From: Eledone cirrhosa
Lineage: Eukaryota
Assembly: GCA_964016885.1 (NCBI GenBank)
Contig: OZ024742.1
Location: forward strand, 189,596,001-189,660,000
Direction of reading: 5' to 3'
Length of the DNA stretch: 64,000 nucleotides
The notes beneath the pieces are model-generated. The model was not told where the DNA came from, did no database searches, and saw nothing but the letters and a program-made list of their open reading frames with translations. Of the stretch, positions 12,170 through 25,719 are shown piece after piece; the stretch's first letter is position 1, and each line of letters opens with the position of its first letter. The position numbers and the translations under genes were made by a program.

Positions 12170-12640
12170 TACGGACTGAATGCTCCAAACCTTGGATATA
12201 AATCAAGTTTGTACTCTAAGTGGGAGCCGATGTCTGTTTCGGTTCTGAGATGTTGCTGTGGTATGTCCCTTGATTCCACCGGCCTGCATGGTCTGTCCCG
12301 TTGCCTTAATACTGGTCGCTTTTACCGCTACACCAAGCTAAACTTGCATTAAGCAGGCCCAAGCTTGGGTAAATATCCCCTCAATTCTGGAGCTAGTTGG
12401 ATTAACAAGAAGTGATGGTAAGAGGCAGATGTCTCATCTGGGATGCCACAGTCAGTGTCTCTTTTGCTCCCTCCCATATCATGGATGCTACAGTAAATGT
12501 GAGGGTCACTACTTCCGTTGCTGAATGGAATAACTTCCTAAAGTACCGGGAACTATCAAATAATAATTTTTTCCAGTTTGTGGTATTTGAGACGTTTGGT
12601 GGAGCAGAATCAATGATAGTGAAGTTTTTGTCATAGTTAC
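12170..12640 (+). mobile_element. Decayed RLE non-LTR retrotransposon C-terminus (CRE-like)
   Basis: CCCG..LDSTGLHGLS..GR..R...LN, then LE..GL.RSDGKR, CLIWDATV, AE..KY, FETFG across frames. Confidence 0.7.
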
Positions 12641-13087
12641 AGACCTTATTTCGATAAACAAATGCTATAAAAAGACACATACCATTGAAAGAGCTTATCA
12701 TAGACTTCTTACAAATAAGATAATGTGGAAAAGTTTTACGTGTTTATACTGGAATGTTTTCTTCTGTTTAAAAGAACAGTGAACTTTTTTAATACTATCA
12801 TAGCTCCCCTTGATATTATTTTCTTTGAAAATCCTATGATATCTATTGTCTTTGGAAGAAATGGCAAATTATTTGCCTTAGGTAAATCAAGGCAATAATA
12901 GAACGAACATTGAAACTCTAGGGAAGTTTCTATCATATAACTGTTGTTTCCTATTTTTATGTTCATGAATAAAGTTACTGTGAATGTAATGTATTCTATC
13001 ATTAAGGCTGTTAACTTTTTACACATTATTCTCCTAAAATAGCAGCAGCATAGCAAAAGGTTCCCCATGTAAGAGGATATCTTGTAT

Positions 13088-13425
13088 ATCATCATCATTT
13101 CATTTTACATCCGCTTTTCCCTGCTTGCAAGGGTGGGACGGGAACTGATTCTGGCTTGATTTCTACAGCTGGATGCCCTTCCTAACACCAACCTCCTTTA
13201 CAGTGAGTGCTGGGTGCTTCTTTTCCGTGGCCCCTCCACGACCACTTTACAGTGGAATGATAGGGACCCCAGTCCCTATCATCTCATTTCTACAGCTGAG
13301 TAAACTGGAGCAATGTGAAATAAAGTGTCTTGCTCAAGGACACAACACATCACCCAGTCTGAGAATTGAATTCACAACCTTTCGATTGCAAGGCCAATGC
13401 TCTAACCACTAAGCCATGTGCCTCT
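13088..13425 (-). mobile_element. SINE family A, full length
   Basis: tRNA head, CORE, RTE-type tail. Confidence 0.9.
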
Positions 13426-13454
13426 ATATGCACTTATTATTAATGTTAGTAAGA

Positions 13455-13990
13455 GGGCAGTGGATTGGCAGTATCATGGAGTGTTGGGCAACCTCCTTTG
13501 CGGCAGATAGCTATGACCCTTTTTGTTTTGATTTCAAATCCTGCTGAGGTTAGCTTAGCCTTTGAACCTTTCAGAGCCATTAAAATAAAGTACAAGTAAT
13601 GCACTGGGGTTAATTTAATTGACTTTCCCTTCCCTAAAAATATTTGGCCTTGTGCCTACATCAGAGAACATTATTGATGTAGGATGGTGAGTTAGCAGAT
13701 GGTGAGTTAGCAGTATCAGTTGAATGTCAGACAAAAGGCTTTGTGTTATTTACTTACAACTTTCTGCAGAGTTCAAATCCCACAGAGGTACACTTGATGT
13801 TTCATCATTCTGTGGTTGATAAAATAATTGTTTCTACTTTTGGCACAAGGCCAGCAATTACCCACTGCATTACTGGTACTTTATTTTATCGACCCCATAA
13901 GGATGAAAGACAAAGTCAACCTCGGCGACGTAACTATTCTGGAAAGCATGGCATCCGACCCTCTACCAATACTGCCAATCCACTGCCTTG
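13455..13990. mobile_element. Cluster of SINE family B copies, both orientations
   Basis: GGATTGGCAGTATC...GTTCAAATCC...GATAAAATAAAGTACCAG...GGCCTTGTGCC motifs. Confidence 0.7.
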
Positions 13991-15049
13991 TTGTTGATAA
14001 AATAATACTAGTACAGTATAAGCAACTCCTAAAATGTTTGATCTTGTACCTTAATTAGAAACAATTATTAATGTTAGTGGACACTGCATAGCTGAATGGT
14101 TAAGAAGTTCATGCTGGTTATAATTATAAGAATTTGATAAGGAATCAATCCCACTTAGAAGGAAAATTGGATAGACAAAACCTAAATAGAAACCGATCAA
14201 ATGGACTGTAGTAGTTGTAACTTGAAGATCCAGCCTTGGCATACACTATTGTGCTGTATCTCAAGAATTATATTAAGTGTATACACATCTTTTGAATTAC
14301 TGAATTTTGAATTAATTTCCTGTTCTATTCATTTAACAACTGGAACACTCATCGTCGAAACTGACGAAGGTCCATTCCATTTTAGTGTTACTAAGTTTTG
14401 GGAAATTTTGAGTGATGGCCAGAATTTATATTTACCTCTAAAATTCTTCATTAATTTGCTATAATGGCAAAATTCACCTGTAGCTAAATCTCAAGATACA
14501 TCTTTGAAATTAGCTATATGTAATCTAAATATAGTCAAATAGTTTTAGAATTACTGTTAAATAATACTGCCATTATGAATCTGGAAAGTATGTTAGCTTA
14601 ATGTAAGCTGCTTCTACGCAGGTTTCTATACTATGAAAAATAGCTGAACACCCCATGAAAATATAAATAAGAACTGTATTGCCAGAGAAATTCAAACTCA
14701 CACATGATGTATGCCAAACGACTTCTCTACCATTACCCAAGGCAGAATTGGACACTTATCTGTTATTTTTAAGCTTTATCTATCAGCTATCTATAGTTGT
14801 AAACAAACAATCAATTGTATTCACTGCAATTATATTAAACTTTAGAATGTGATACTCGAAATCAATGTGATATGTTTTACTTTCATTCCAACTATCACAT
14901 TTTTTCTGAGTGTCTCAACGAACTCTGAATATGCAAGTTCAAAATAGCTTGTCAGTTATTTATTAGCAAGTTATCATTCTGTAAGTATTGGTAATGTGAA
15001 ACGTCTAGCTAAAAGGAAGCAATAATGTGTGTATTAAGTGCATTATTTA

Positions 15050-15230
15050 AGGGTGGTGGATTGGCAGTATCAGTAGAGGGTCGGACACCATGCTTTGCAG
15101 CAAAGAGTTACGGCCTTTTATGATCTGAGTTCAAATCCTGCCGAGGTTAACTTACGTGGTTGATAAAATAAAGTACTAGTAATACACTGGAATAATTGCT
15201 GGCCTTGTGTCAAAAGTAGAAACAATTATT
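15050..15230 (+). mobile_element. SINE family B
   Basis: Matches 48808-48997. Confidence 0.8.
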
Positions 15231-16340
15231 TAAGGGGGAAATATTGTTAGCTAACGTTACTATGTGGTCAGGCAAGCAAGAGAGACAACCCCAAATGTTT
15301 CTGATTTCTTACTTATCATCAACAAAAGTATAGTCTTCAGGCCTTTATTATTGTTTACTGGCATTAACATACTCTGTAGGACAAGGGTGACCACATTTAC
15401 TTAATATACTTAATGGAGGAAATACTGCTACTATAAATTAGTGATTAGTTCTACATCTAGATGACTTAACTCTGTTGCATTATCTGTCTTCGTTAACTGA
15501 GATTTAGATCCTACACTTTAGCTAATATGCGTTGTACAGGTATAACTAATCTTAACATTATTTCTATTAAAACATTTCTGTTTTACTTAGTTGATAAAAT
15601 AAATAGCTAAACATTTTTACCTACAGTGAATTTCATATTTAATGAAATAGATAAATACGTTTTCTATTCTTGATGGAATATTAATGACTTTTTCACTATT
15701 TATCTTGTTTTATCTTTAAGGCCATGGATTAGTTGAGTGGTTAGCATGTTTGAGTAAATGCCTTGGTATTTGAACCAATTCAATGTGCCCTGTGTTCAAA
15801 TCCTGTCATAATCAATTTTGCCGTTCATCCTTTCTGGTTTGATAAATAATGTACCACTCCAGGGATAGAAGATTGGCAGAATAGTTAATGAGTAAGAATA
15901 GATGTTTTATAGTATCTAGTGTGACTGTTTATTCTGAATTCAAATCCTGGCTCCTTCTGCCAGGCATTATGACTGGCAGATAGAATTAGTAATGGTGAGA
16001 TAAATATGTATGGCAAATATGGGTATAGAAGATGTATATATATGAAAGACACTCTGTTGGTTACTACAACGAGCGTTCCAATTGATCTGATCAACAGAAC
16101 AGCCTGCTCATGAAATTAATGTGCAAATGGCTGAGCATTCCACAGACATGCAAACCCTTAATCTGGGAGATTCAGCATGACACTGAATGTGACAATGCTG
16201 GCCCTTCGAATTACAGGTATAGTAATACCTGTAATATACCCACAGTAAGACTTATGTGTGTTTATTAAAAAATATAGATATATTGTATGACCTTCCATAT
16301 ATACCTGTTTGTGAATCATGGTGTGTTAGTTTTACTAGTA

Positions 16341-16430
<90 letters not shown>

Positions 16431-16555
16431 TACATACATATATATATATACAGATTTGTGTATATATACAGATTTGTTTTATAAATAAATATTGACATAC
16501 GCGGAAAAAAGACAACCTTAACGGTTGAACCTTCCTGGATAGTGGAGATAATATA

Positions 16556-16590
<35 letters not shown>

Positions 16591-16671
16591 TATCTCCACT
16601 ATCCAGGAAGCTTCAACCGTTAAGGTTGTCTTTTTCCGGGTATGTCAATATTTATTTATAAAACAAATCTG

Positions 16672-16737
16672 TATTTTATCTGATGAAAGCGCACCATAAT
16701 TTGCCTTGGTTGCCCTTGAAATATATATAATAAAATA
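16672..16737 (+). ncRNA. Type I hammerhead ribozyme motif
   Basis: TATTTTAT CTGATGA AAG..ACCA...TGGT..CTT GAAA TATATA TA ATAAAATA. Confidence 0.8.
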
Positions 16738-16841
16738 AATATGGTTTTATAAATATAGTTTCCATTTATTAATATATTGTATATATATATATACATATAT
16801 AAAATATTAATAAATGGAAACTATATTTATAAAACCATATT

Positions 16842-16907
16842 TATTTTATTATATATATTTCAAGGGAAACCAAGGCAAATTATGGTGCGCTTTCATCAGA
16901 TAAAATA
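16842..16907 (-). ncRNA. Type I hammerhead ribozyme motif
   Basis: Reverse complement of 16672-16737 with minor stem II differences. Confidence 0.8.
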
Positions 16908-17149
16908 CAGATTTGTTTTATAAATAAATATTGACATACCCGGAAAAAGACAACCTTAACGGTTGAAGGTTCCTGGATAGTGGAGATAATATTTTATTGA
17001 GGGTAATACAAAATTATGAGTGAGTATGCAAATGAGTGTCCGAAAAATTGAAAAGATAGCGGTTTATTTAAATTAAACTGTTGGAAGAAGAGGATATGTA
17101 AAGGAGAAAGAGAGAAGAAGAAAGAAAGAAGATTATACATAGTGATAAT

Positions 17150-18260
17150 GAAGATAATCAAAGTGAACGAGGAAATAAATTTTAATGGAAGAATATACAG
17201 AACGTAAAAATATCTAAGTGAAAGAAGAAGTGAAAGAAGAAATAAGATTAACGTGGAAGAATAATATTCAGAATGTAGGGTTCATTATGTTGTGATTATA
17301 ATATTTATAATGATAAGTTGAAAATTAAATATTTAAAAATATTATTTAAAATTAAAAATCAAAATTAAAGATTAAAATTTAATTTAATATTAAAAATTAA
17401 AAATTAAAAATTAAAAATTAAAAATTAAAAATTAAAATTAAAACAGAAGTATTTATATTATATTAAGATGTATTAGTAATAATATATTGGTTTAGATGTG
17501 TGTTATGGATTATAAATTATTTAAATTTATATTTATTAATAGTTGCAAGTCAAAACTTAAACATCCAAATAATTCCAAATTTATGAAAATTTACGAGAGT
17601 TTACAAAGGAATAACTACTTAATTAGATTATAAAAACAGTAAGGAAGTATAAAGGAAGTTAGAAGTGATTTTTTAAGAACTCAACACCAAGGATACATAA
17701 AAAAACTTTTTTTTAAATTCTTTTTAAAAAATTTTTTATGAGAAGTCATAAATGTTATAAAGTTAAAAAATGTATCTTAAGAATATAATTAAAACATAAA
17801 CCATAGGTTATTTTATAAGAAGTCATAAATGTTATAAAGTTAAAAAATGTATCTTAAAAATATAATTAAAACATAAACCATAGGTTATTCCACATATATA
17901 TAAAAACCATACGTTATTCCATATAAATATAAAAATATTTGAATATATATTAAAAATATTTGAATATATAAAATATTGGAAGATAGGAAAATAATGGTTT
18001 TTTCCGTATCTTTCAAAGGAACTTTCAAAAGTTTTACCAAGAATTTTCTAAAACCTTCAGAAAGACTTTCAAGGAAAATATTTTTAGAATTTTTCTTAGA
18101 ATTTCAAGTAGTCATATAAAAAGGTTATAATCTATTGATAAGTGTAATAATATAAAGTATATTTATGAAGTAGAGATAATAGAAAGTAAATTAAATATAT
18201 ATGAATCATATATAGATAAATTTTTAAGCTTGTTGAATCCCAACAAATTAAATATAACCT
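17150..18260 (+). pseudogene. Heavily eroded Penelope-like RT/GIY-YIG coding remnant
   Basis: Collinear motifs FNGRIYR (17181), YWFR (17485), HPN..KF (17562), V*RK, PRIHKK, PYLSKELSK (18004), [10 protein letters not shown]...LN (18191). Confidence 0.55.
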
Positions 18261-18290
18261 CTGCATATATATACATATATATATATACTG

Positions 18291-18322
<32 letters not shown>

Positions 18323-18324
18323 CA

Positions 18325-18423
<99 letters not shown>

Positions 18424-18465
18424 AGCTCAAGGAAAGTTTTCCGGGCTCTTCAAAATATTTAGGAG

Positions 18466-18696
18466 AAAATATATGAAAAGAACATACTTTTTCATTACGG
18501 GGTATTTTTACCACGAGAGTGAAAGACATAGAAACTGCGAAAGGTACGAGAAAAACATTATAATCAAACAGATTAATAAAATTTATTAATCTGTTTGATT
18601 ATAATATTTTTCTCGTACCTTTCACAGTTTCTATGTCTTTCACTCTCGTGGTAAAAATACCCCGTAATGAAAAAGTATGTTCTTTTCATATATTTT
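18466..18696. repeat. Near-perfect fold-back (arms about 115 bp)
   Basis: Axis near 18581; few mismatches. Confidence 0.9.
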
Positions 18697-18759
18697 GAAG
18701 AAAAATAGACCGAATACTCTGATGGCTGGATAATCTTTAAGATTTTCCTCGATGAAGCA

Positions 18760-19179
18760 GGAAAAATACAGCTTTTCACCTAGGGGATCAAGAAAATGAA
18801 TTTATGTGCATAATATGCCTTGAAATTTCGGGAAAATCGGCTAGACGTAACGCCTCCAAGAAGCCCTAAGAAGCTGAAAAAATGAAGTTTTTCGCCTAAT
18901 GCGGGCCCTAGGCCATAAGAAAGCTGGATTTTCTTTGCTTACGGTATGAAGAAGAGACTGACTAATACATAGTTACAATTTCAAAGAAATCGGTCTGACG
19001 TAACGCCGCAAAAAAAAACTAAAAATGTAAAAAAAAATGCAGTTTTTCACTTAATGCGGGACCTAGGAGATAAAAGAGTTGAATTTTTTATGTGCATAAC
19101 ACTCCCTGAAACATAAGTAATACACATGTAAAGTTTGAAAAAAGTCGGTTGGGTACTTCTCGAGTTTTAGGGGTTCAAA

Positions 19180-19216
<37 letters not shown>

Positions 19217-19756
19217 CCTCAGGGAAGTGACGTAATGCAGACAGCAGACATACAGACAGATATTATAAGGGCACGACGTTATAAGTATGTATCTATCTAA
19301 AAAGAGAAAGATTACATGTGTAAAGTTTGAAAACAGTCGGTTTGGTGCTTCTCTACAATACTAAGCGGTAAAATAGTAACTTTTGTTCTCGTAAAGGCAC
19401 GTAAGTAAACAAACTGAAGCTATTACAGCGAGATAGATACTCTAAGGGCGCGACAAAATAAAGTACCAGTAATGCACTGGTAATTGCTGGCCTTGTGCCT
19501 AAAGTAGAAACAATTATATGTATGTATATATCTAAAAAGAGAAAGACTAAGAATTATCGAGAGAGATCGCTAAATCGCCTAATGCGGTCCCTAGGACATT
19601 GAAAATTTGAAATTATTTTTTGCTCAGAACACTCCCTGAAACATAAGTATTACATGTGTACAGTTTGAAAACAGTCGGTTGGGTGCTTCTCTAGTTTTAA
19701 GGATTCGAACTCCCACACACACAGACAGACATCCTCAGTTTTATATATATATAGAT
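18760..19756 (-). mobile_element. Helitron-like non-autonomous element with internal repeats
   Basis: Minus strand starts TCTATATATATAAAACTGAGG; repeated TAATGCGG.CCTAGG and AACACTCCCTGAAACATAAGT units; 3' CTAG end not found. Confidence 0.5.
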
Positions 19757-20071
19757 AACCATCTCCATAAATGTATAATTTGCAAAATGCTATATATAAG
19801 AAGTTTCAGCTTTCTTGCTTCAGTACTGAGCTAATAAAGATGTTAGATTAATGATTCTTAAATATTATAGTATTTGCCATTCTCACACAGCTGCTGGGGT
19901 AGCCGTGATATGATCATAGCTTAAAAAGTCCACAGTGAGACTTATGTAGGTTTTTTTTTTAAAATATATATTGTATGTACTTCCATATCTACCTCTTTTT
20001 GAATCATGGTGTGTTAGTTCTACTACTACTAATATATTTATGTGCATGTGTGTGTCTCTGTGTGTGTGTAT

Positions 20072-20295
20072 GAAGGTGTGTGGCTAAGTGGTTAGAGAAT
20101 TGGATTCGCAATCGTGAGATTGTGAGTTTGATTCCCGGACTGGGCAAGGCGTTATGTCCTTGGGCAAGACACTTTATTTCACTTTGCTCCTTCTATCTGG
20201 AGTTGCGACCGATAGAGGGTATTAGCAATTAGAAAGACCAATGGCAATATTATTTCCTCGATCTGATTTGATGAAAGTCGATCGACTGTCGATAT
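20072..20295 (+). mobile_element. SINE family C (tRNA head, partial CORE, (TA)n end)
   Basis: Related copies at 42520-42635 (-), 47050-47240 (+), 56930-57145 (+). Confidence 0.75.
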
Positions 20296-21239
20296 ATATA
20301 TATGTATTATTTTACTTTCTTCTGGCAGCAATGTTACTAGAGACTCTTTGGTTTTGTTAATATTTGATGACTGAGTGTGTGCATGTGTGTCTGTGTGTAT
20401 GTGTGTGTCTTTTGGGTTCATGTTTAATTTGTTGCTAGCATGATGGAGAGAATAGCTAAGGAGTGCTAGTCGATGGAGCATGGGTGGGGTGAAGAGAGTA
20501 GCTAGTAGGGTTTTATGGGGTGGAGAGAAACAGCAGCTACAGAATGAATACAAGAGGGGGCATGGAGACAGTTGTGGCATGTAGTGATGGTGAGGATTGC
20601 TGTTATGGAGGGCTAGTGGAGGTATCATGGGTGGAGTACATAAGAGTGAGAAGAGTGGCTTCTAGATTTAACAGTGAGGTCATCTAAAGGTTTTTGAGGG
20701 GCAGCAGCTAAGGCGTGAATGCTGGGAGCGTATGGATGAGTGTTTGTAGTGGGAGTGGTTTAGTGCTAGAGGAAGGGGCAACACGGGGATAAGTTAGGCC
20801 ACATTGTATGCAGGTCTTCACCAGCACAACATAACGTCAGCCCCCACAGTGATTTATCCTTTCTTATGTGGGGCTTAGCTTTTTAATGTCAATCTTTACA
20901 ACCTCATCCCATATTCTCATGGGTTTACGTTTTCCATGGGTTCAAGCTACTGGTGTTTTTCCTCATTTCTTTATGCAGCTACTATACTCCATATGAAGAA
21001 AATCTCCAAAATCAATATTGTTAGTGTAGCTGCCTTGAATTCAACAGTCAGTTTGACTGTTAACAGGACTAATAATCCATACAGATGCTTCACTGAAGAC
21101 CAGCATGACTTTGTGAATACTTGTTCTAAATTAGGAAAAATTTATTACAGTGGATTAAGTGTTACCTAATGAATAAATTCTAGCATGTTGTGTTTGACAG
21201 AATTCACATGCAAAAGTCATTTGTGGTGTCTCACAAAGA

Positions 21240-23790
21240 ACTATGTTGTGCTCACTTCTCTCCTTTTTTCCATGCTTGCAAGGGCTGGGTGTGTCTTCTC
21301 CTGCATGCATTCTTACTCCTTAAGCTCATTGATTTCATCAAGTTTAGCCTCCTGAGATCAACATTCACCTCTTCTTCCCATGTTTTCATATAGACAGAGC
21401 AGTTGACTTCCACGTGGATTGCCTGGCACTTCTTTGACCCAACTATCATCTTCTATATATATTACATGCCTGTACAAACTCAGCCTTCTCTCTTGTATAC
21501 TACATCCAGTGAAGCATGCTCTTCTCACGTATCTCCAGCTTTTGCCTTCGATACTCGTATTTCTTTATCATGCAGCATTGCAGTTTGTTCAAAAGAATCA
21601 TACAACATACTCTTCACTCTTATAGTAAATTATTTTTCTACCCTGTTCTTACTCTGGCTACTATGCTTTGGGAATACTCACTTCTACTGCAAATTAGTTC
21701 ACCTTGGTAACAGAAGCTATCAACTACTTTTAGAGAGCTCTCTGATTATTTGAAAGAATATATTTCATGGGTGTTCTTACTGCTAACTATTCATGCATAT
21801 TTTCTCACATGGTCTTTCTTCTCTGTCAGCATGCCTTTGTTCTTATTGCATCTCTTCTACACCCATATTATTCAGTGGGTTCACCCTATGGTTCACCCAT
21901 AAAATCTTTATCTGTATATCAAGCATGACCACTCTTCTGATGGCATAGAATTCTGTCTTCTTTCTTGCTAACTAAAACTTCTGCCTTCGCTGAGTTTACT
22001 TTAAGATCTTTTGATTCTCGACGTTTCTTCCACATTTGGAATTTCTTCTCTAATTCTTCGACAGATTCAGCTATGAGAACTGGGTCATCATGATACAGAA
22101 GTTTCTATGGACAGCTGCTCTTAAACTCATCTGCTATGGCCTGGAGAAATGTTTTTAAAAAAAAAAGAAAGGGGGATGAAAATGGAACTGTATTGGCCTA
22201 CCTACACATTAAATTCCCACCGAACTTGTTCCTCATTCTCACCTTGATGATAGCATCTCTGTATATGGCTTGCATGGCTCTCAGAAGTCATTCATCCACA
22301 CCAGACTGAAGAGCATGGTATTCTATAAACGGCCTTCTCCAGTTCAATGAATGCTGGGTGTAGTGGCTTGGACCTTCTACAGTTGTTTAACTAAGTCATC
22401 AGTGATATCTCATCCTGTTACAAATCTGAACTGCATCTCATCTAAGCTAATTTTCTCCATAATTAGTTGTGCTATAGCTCTTTCTCTTACTTTCAATACT
22501 AGGTCCATCAATTTAATGCTACAGTAGCTGCTCCTTTGCTTTTGTAGCAGCTGGAGGTGTCATTATACCATCTCTTCTTGCACTACTTCACCAACTATGC
22601 AAGCAACTAATGCAGCATAATATAAGAGACAAGTGCTGAGTATTTTCAGTATCTCAGTGACTCTTTGGAATTATCCAGTTGCTTTCCTTGTCTTTATATC
22701 TCCTACTCTCCCCATTCAGAAACCTTTCATACATTCCTATCATAACATACCTTTCATAACATTTCTGCTCAACATGAATGAGAGTATGTTTACCACTCTC
22801 AATACTTGAGTCACTTTCCATTGCAATTCATACTGACAAACTACTCCACAGTCTGGAACACATTACGCCTCTGATCCTCATGTTTCACAACGTTGATATC
22901 GTATTTTGCTCCCATCTTTCTTTTATTCTTTCTAGACGTGGCTCTTAGTGTTTATGGCTCTGTCTACCATACCATTCCATCATATCCCGTCTACCTTGCT
23001 TAATGCTCAGATTGGTCTGTAGCTCACAGCAGGTTGTCTTATAGAAATTCCCAATTGTATCCTTTGTTATTGCTCCCTGTTTTCACCTCCTTCTCAATAT
23101 AAGCATCAACTAGTACTTCTTTAAAGCAACATCTTCCCAAGGGACTTTTCTGCTTCCATACTTTCCTTCTCCAGATAGATGTCAAATACCACATACTTCA
23201 GCAATTAAATATTTAGTATTGACAACAATTTGTCTATCATATTTCCTTGTTAGTATGAAGTCTATCTGGCTTGTATGTTTTTCTCAGTAGTAAGTGATCA
23301 GGTGGCTAGCCAGTTTCCTAAATTTGGTGTTGCAAATTGTTATATAATTTGCATCACTGAACACTAAGAGCCCTAACCACATTTAATTTACTATAAACAT
23401 AGTATCCATATACATTAGAAAATCCATCATAGTGTAACCCAATATATCTATTAAAAGCTAGCATCAAAAAATAAGATCACTGTTATCTGATATCAAGTTT
23501 GTCTGCAAGAAGACCTCGGAGAAACAGTCCTTTCCTTCATCAATCAGTCTGGATCACTGTTGCTGTCAATAGCCCACATATTTTGTGCACCTCAATTACT
23601 ATCTATTTCTCTGCTAACAATATACATACATACTCTACCCACTACAGAAACTTTATAGTTGTGTTCTGTCCTTGTAAGAAGTCTGGTTGAAACCCCACTT
23701 CATCTTAACAATTGTACACAACACACATCTACTCACCTTTGCCTTAGCATCTCTACAATCCTCCAAACCTAGCTTTCATCATATGAACAC
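21240..23790 (-). pseudogene. Old, long RTE LINE (endonuclease-RT remnant)
   Basis: Decayed CP.KLLYHDD.VLIAES near 22070-22120, SQIDFILTR near 23250-23270, KTWEEEV..DL near 21350. Confidence 0.75.
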
Positions 23791-25254
23791 GAAGAGAAGA
23801 GTTCCTAGTAGTGTTTTGATTGGTTGGTCTCTATTTGCTGCATCTGAAAGGAAGAAAGTTGGTGTAATCATTTTATGACAGTTGAAGGGTTCTTACACAT
23901 GGTCAAATGTTTGCACCTAATCACCACACTAATATGGTAAGTGCTAGCCCTGTATATGCAATTAAGGTTTTTCATTGATTTGACTGTCATTTGTGGTATG
24001 TATATTTTTTTACAGCTGGATACCCTTTATATCAGAAACCCCTTTGCAGCATGTCCCAAGCCCAGAGGTCCATCATGTCAGAGCTTATATTAATTTGTTT
24101 GGGATTAAGCAACTAAGTGTGCAAGACTCTTACCTAGATAGGACACTACTGGTACACATTTGCTGAGTGGAGCAATGTGAAGTGAAGTTTCTTTTGCTCA
24201 AGAATACAATGTGCTACTTGGTCTAGAAATTGAACCCACAGCATTGTAATCAGAAGCCCAAAACCCTAACCACTAGGCCACATTTTATCATGTCATCCTC
24301 ATTAGAGATGTTGTTTGACAGGACTGAAGTGTCCCTTCTACATTCTATTATTTTTTATTCAGAGTTGCTGATCTCCTAGACAGATTGCCTTTACTGTGGA
24401 TTATAGAATCCACATCTTTTCCATACAGATTATGCATTATAAATACAAACAAACAGACGCATGTATTTCCTATATGGCATTGTGAAGCAATGTATTATTC
24501 CTTTCTTCCTCTCCCATTGTCTTTGATATTCTGTTTGAAGTCTCGTGGCATTTCTCCTCAAAATATTTCATTTTATTATTGTTTTTATTGTTGCTGCTAG
24601 ATGAAGTGAACTTAAGCAAAAAAAAAACAAAAAATCAAATTCACAATGAATTATTGTCCGCAAACTTTATACCTAAACATCTGCAGCTTTTGTGGAACCA
24701 ATTGATATTGTATATAGGGGTGTTTATATATATATGTATATATATTGTAGTGTTTGTGTGTGTCTATATATCAACACCACCATTATTTAACATTCGCTTT
24801 CCCTGCCATCAAGATTTGCATATATATGTATATATATATAATCATCATCAATGTTTAATGTATATATATATATATAATCATCATCAATGTTTAATTTCCA
24901 CACTAGTCTGGGTTAGAGGGGTTGTCCAATTTTAAGCAAGTTGGGCTAGGTGACCGTGTCCTGCTCATACAAAACTGTTTCTGGCTAAGTTTCTAAGACT
25001 GGATGCCCTTCCTAATGCCAACCACATTTTCAGTGTGTGCTGGGTGCTTTTTGTCATGACTCCTGAGCTGTACTGATGAAGGGTAATACAGAAAAACATT
25101 AGTGTCTGCAGTTCTGTTTACATGCCAACACAAGAGCAAGAATGAGGGTCTCATTCTACTGACATGGCTTTCAAAATGAAGCTTGTTTGCATAATTGCAA
25201 ATGAATTGAATATTATTATTAATATTCGAAAAACACAGATTATATATATATATA

Positions 25255-25570
25255 TATCATCAACATCATCATCACCGTTTTTTGTCCATTCTTCCATGCT
25301 TGCATGGGTTAGATGAGTTGTCCTGTTGTGGGCAATGCCAGGTCAATGACCATGTCTTGCTCATACAGAAATGATTTTGGTTTGATTTCTACAGCTGGAT
25401 GCCCTTCCTAACACCAACCTTATTTACAGTGAGTACTGGGTGCTTTTTTTACCATGGCACCTACACGAGCATTTTACAGTGGGAGAGGGGTGGGGGCATA
25501 CTGTCTATATGCTTCAGCTTTTACCCATAGGAAGTTGGGTCTTCTGTATTACTGCATAACGCAGTAATAC
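25255..25570 (-). mobile_element. RTE 3' UTR fragment
   Basis: Matches 34490-34850. Confidence 0.75.
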
Positions 25571-25719
25571 AGGCACGCACACACACACATATATATATAT
25601 ATACATACATATATATACATATATATATATACATACATATATATACATATATATATATACATATTCATACATATATATACATATATGTATGTATATATAT
25701 ATATATACATATATATATG

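Larger units (their letters stand above)
16467..16992. repeat. Three-armed inverted duplication of a PLE terminal repeat
   Basis: 16467-16552, 16589-16775 (inverted) and 16803-16992, separated by (TA)n. Confidence 0.9.

Noticed and set aside
14201-14755. Possible host exon or transposase remnant in unique-looking DNA
   Set aside because: No recognisable domain or convincing splice-site pair
17736-17890. About 79-bp direct duplication
   Set aside because: Simple local tandem duplication inside the eroded PLE body with no independent signal
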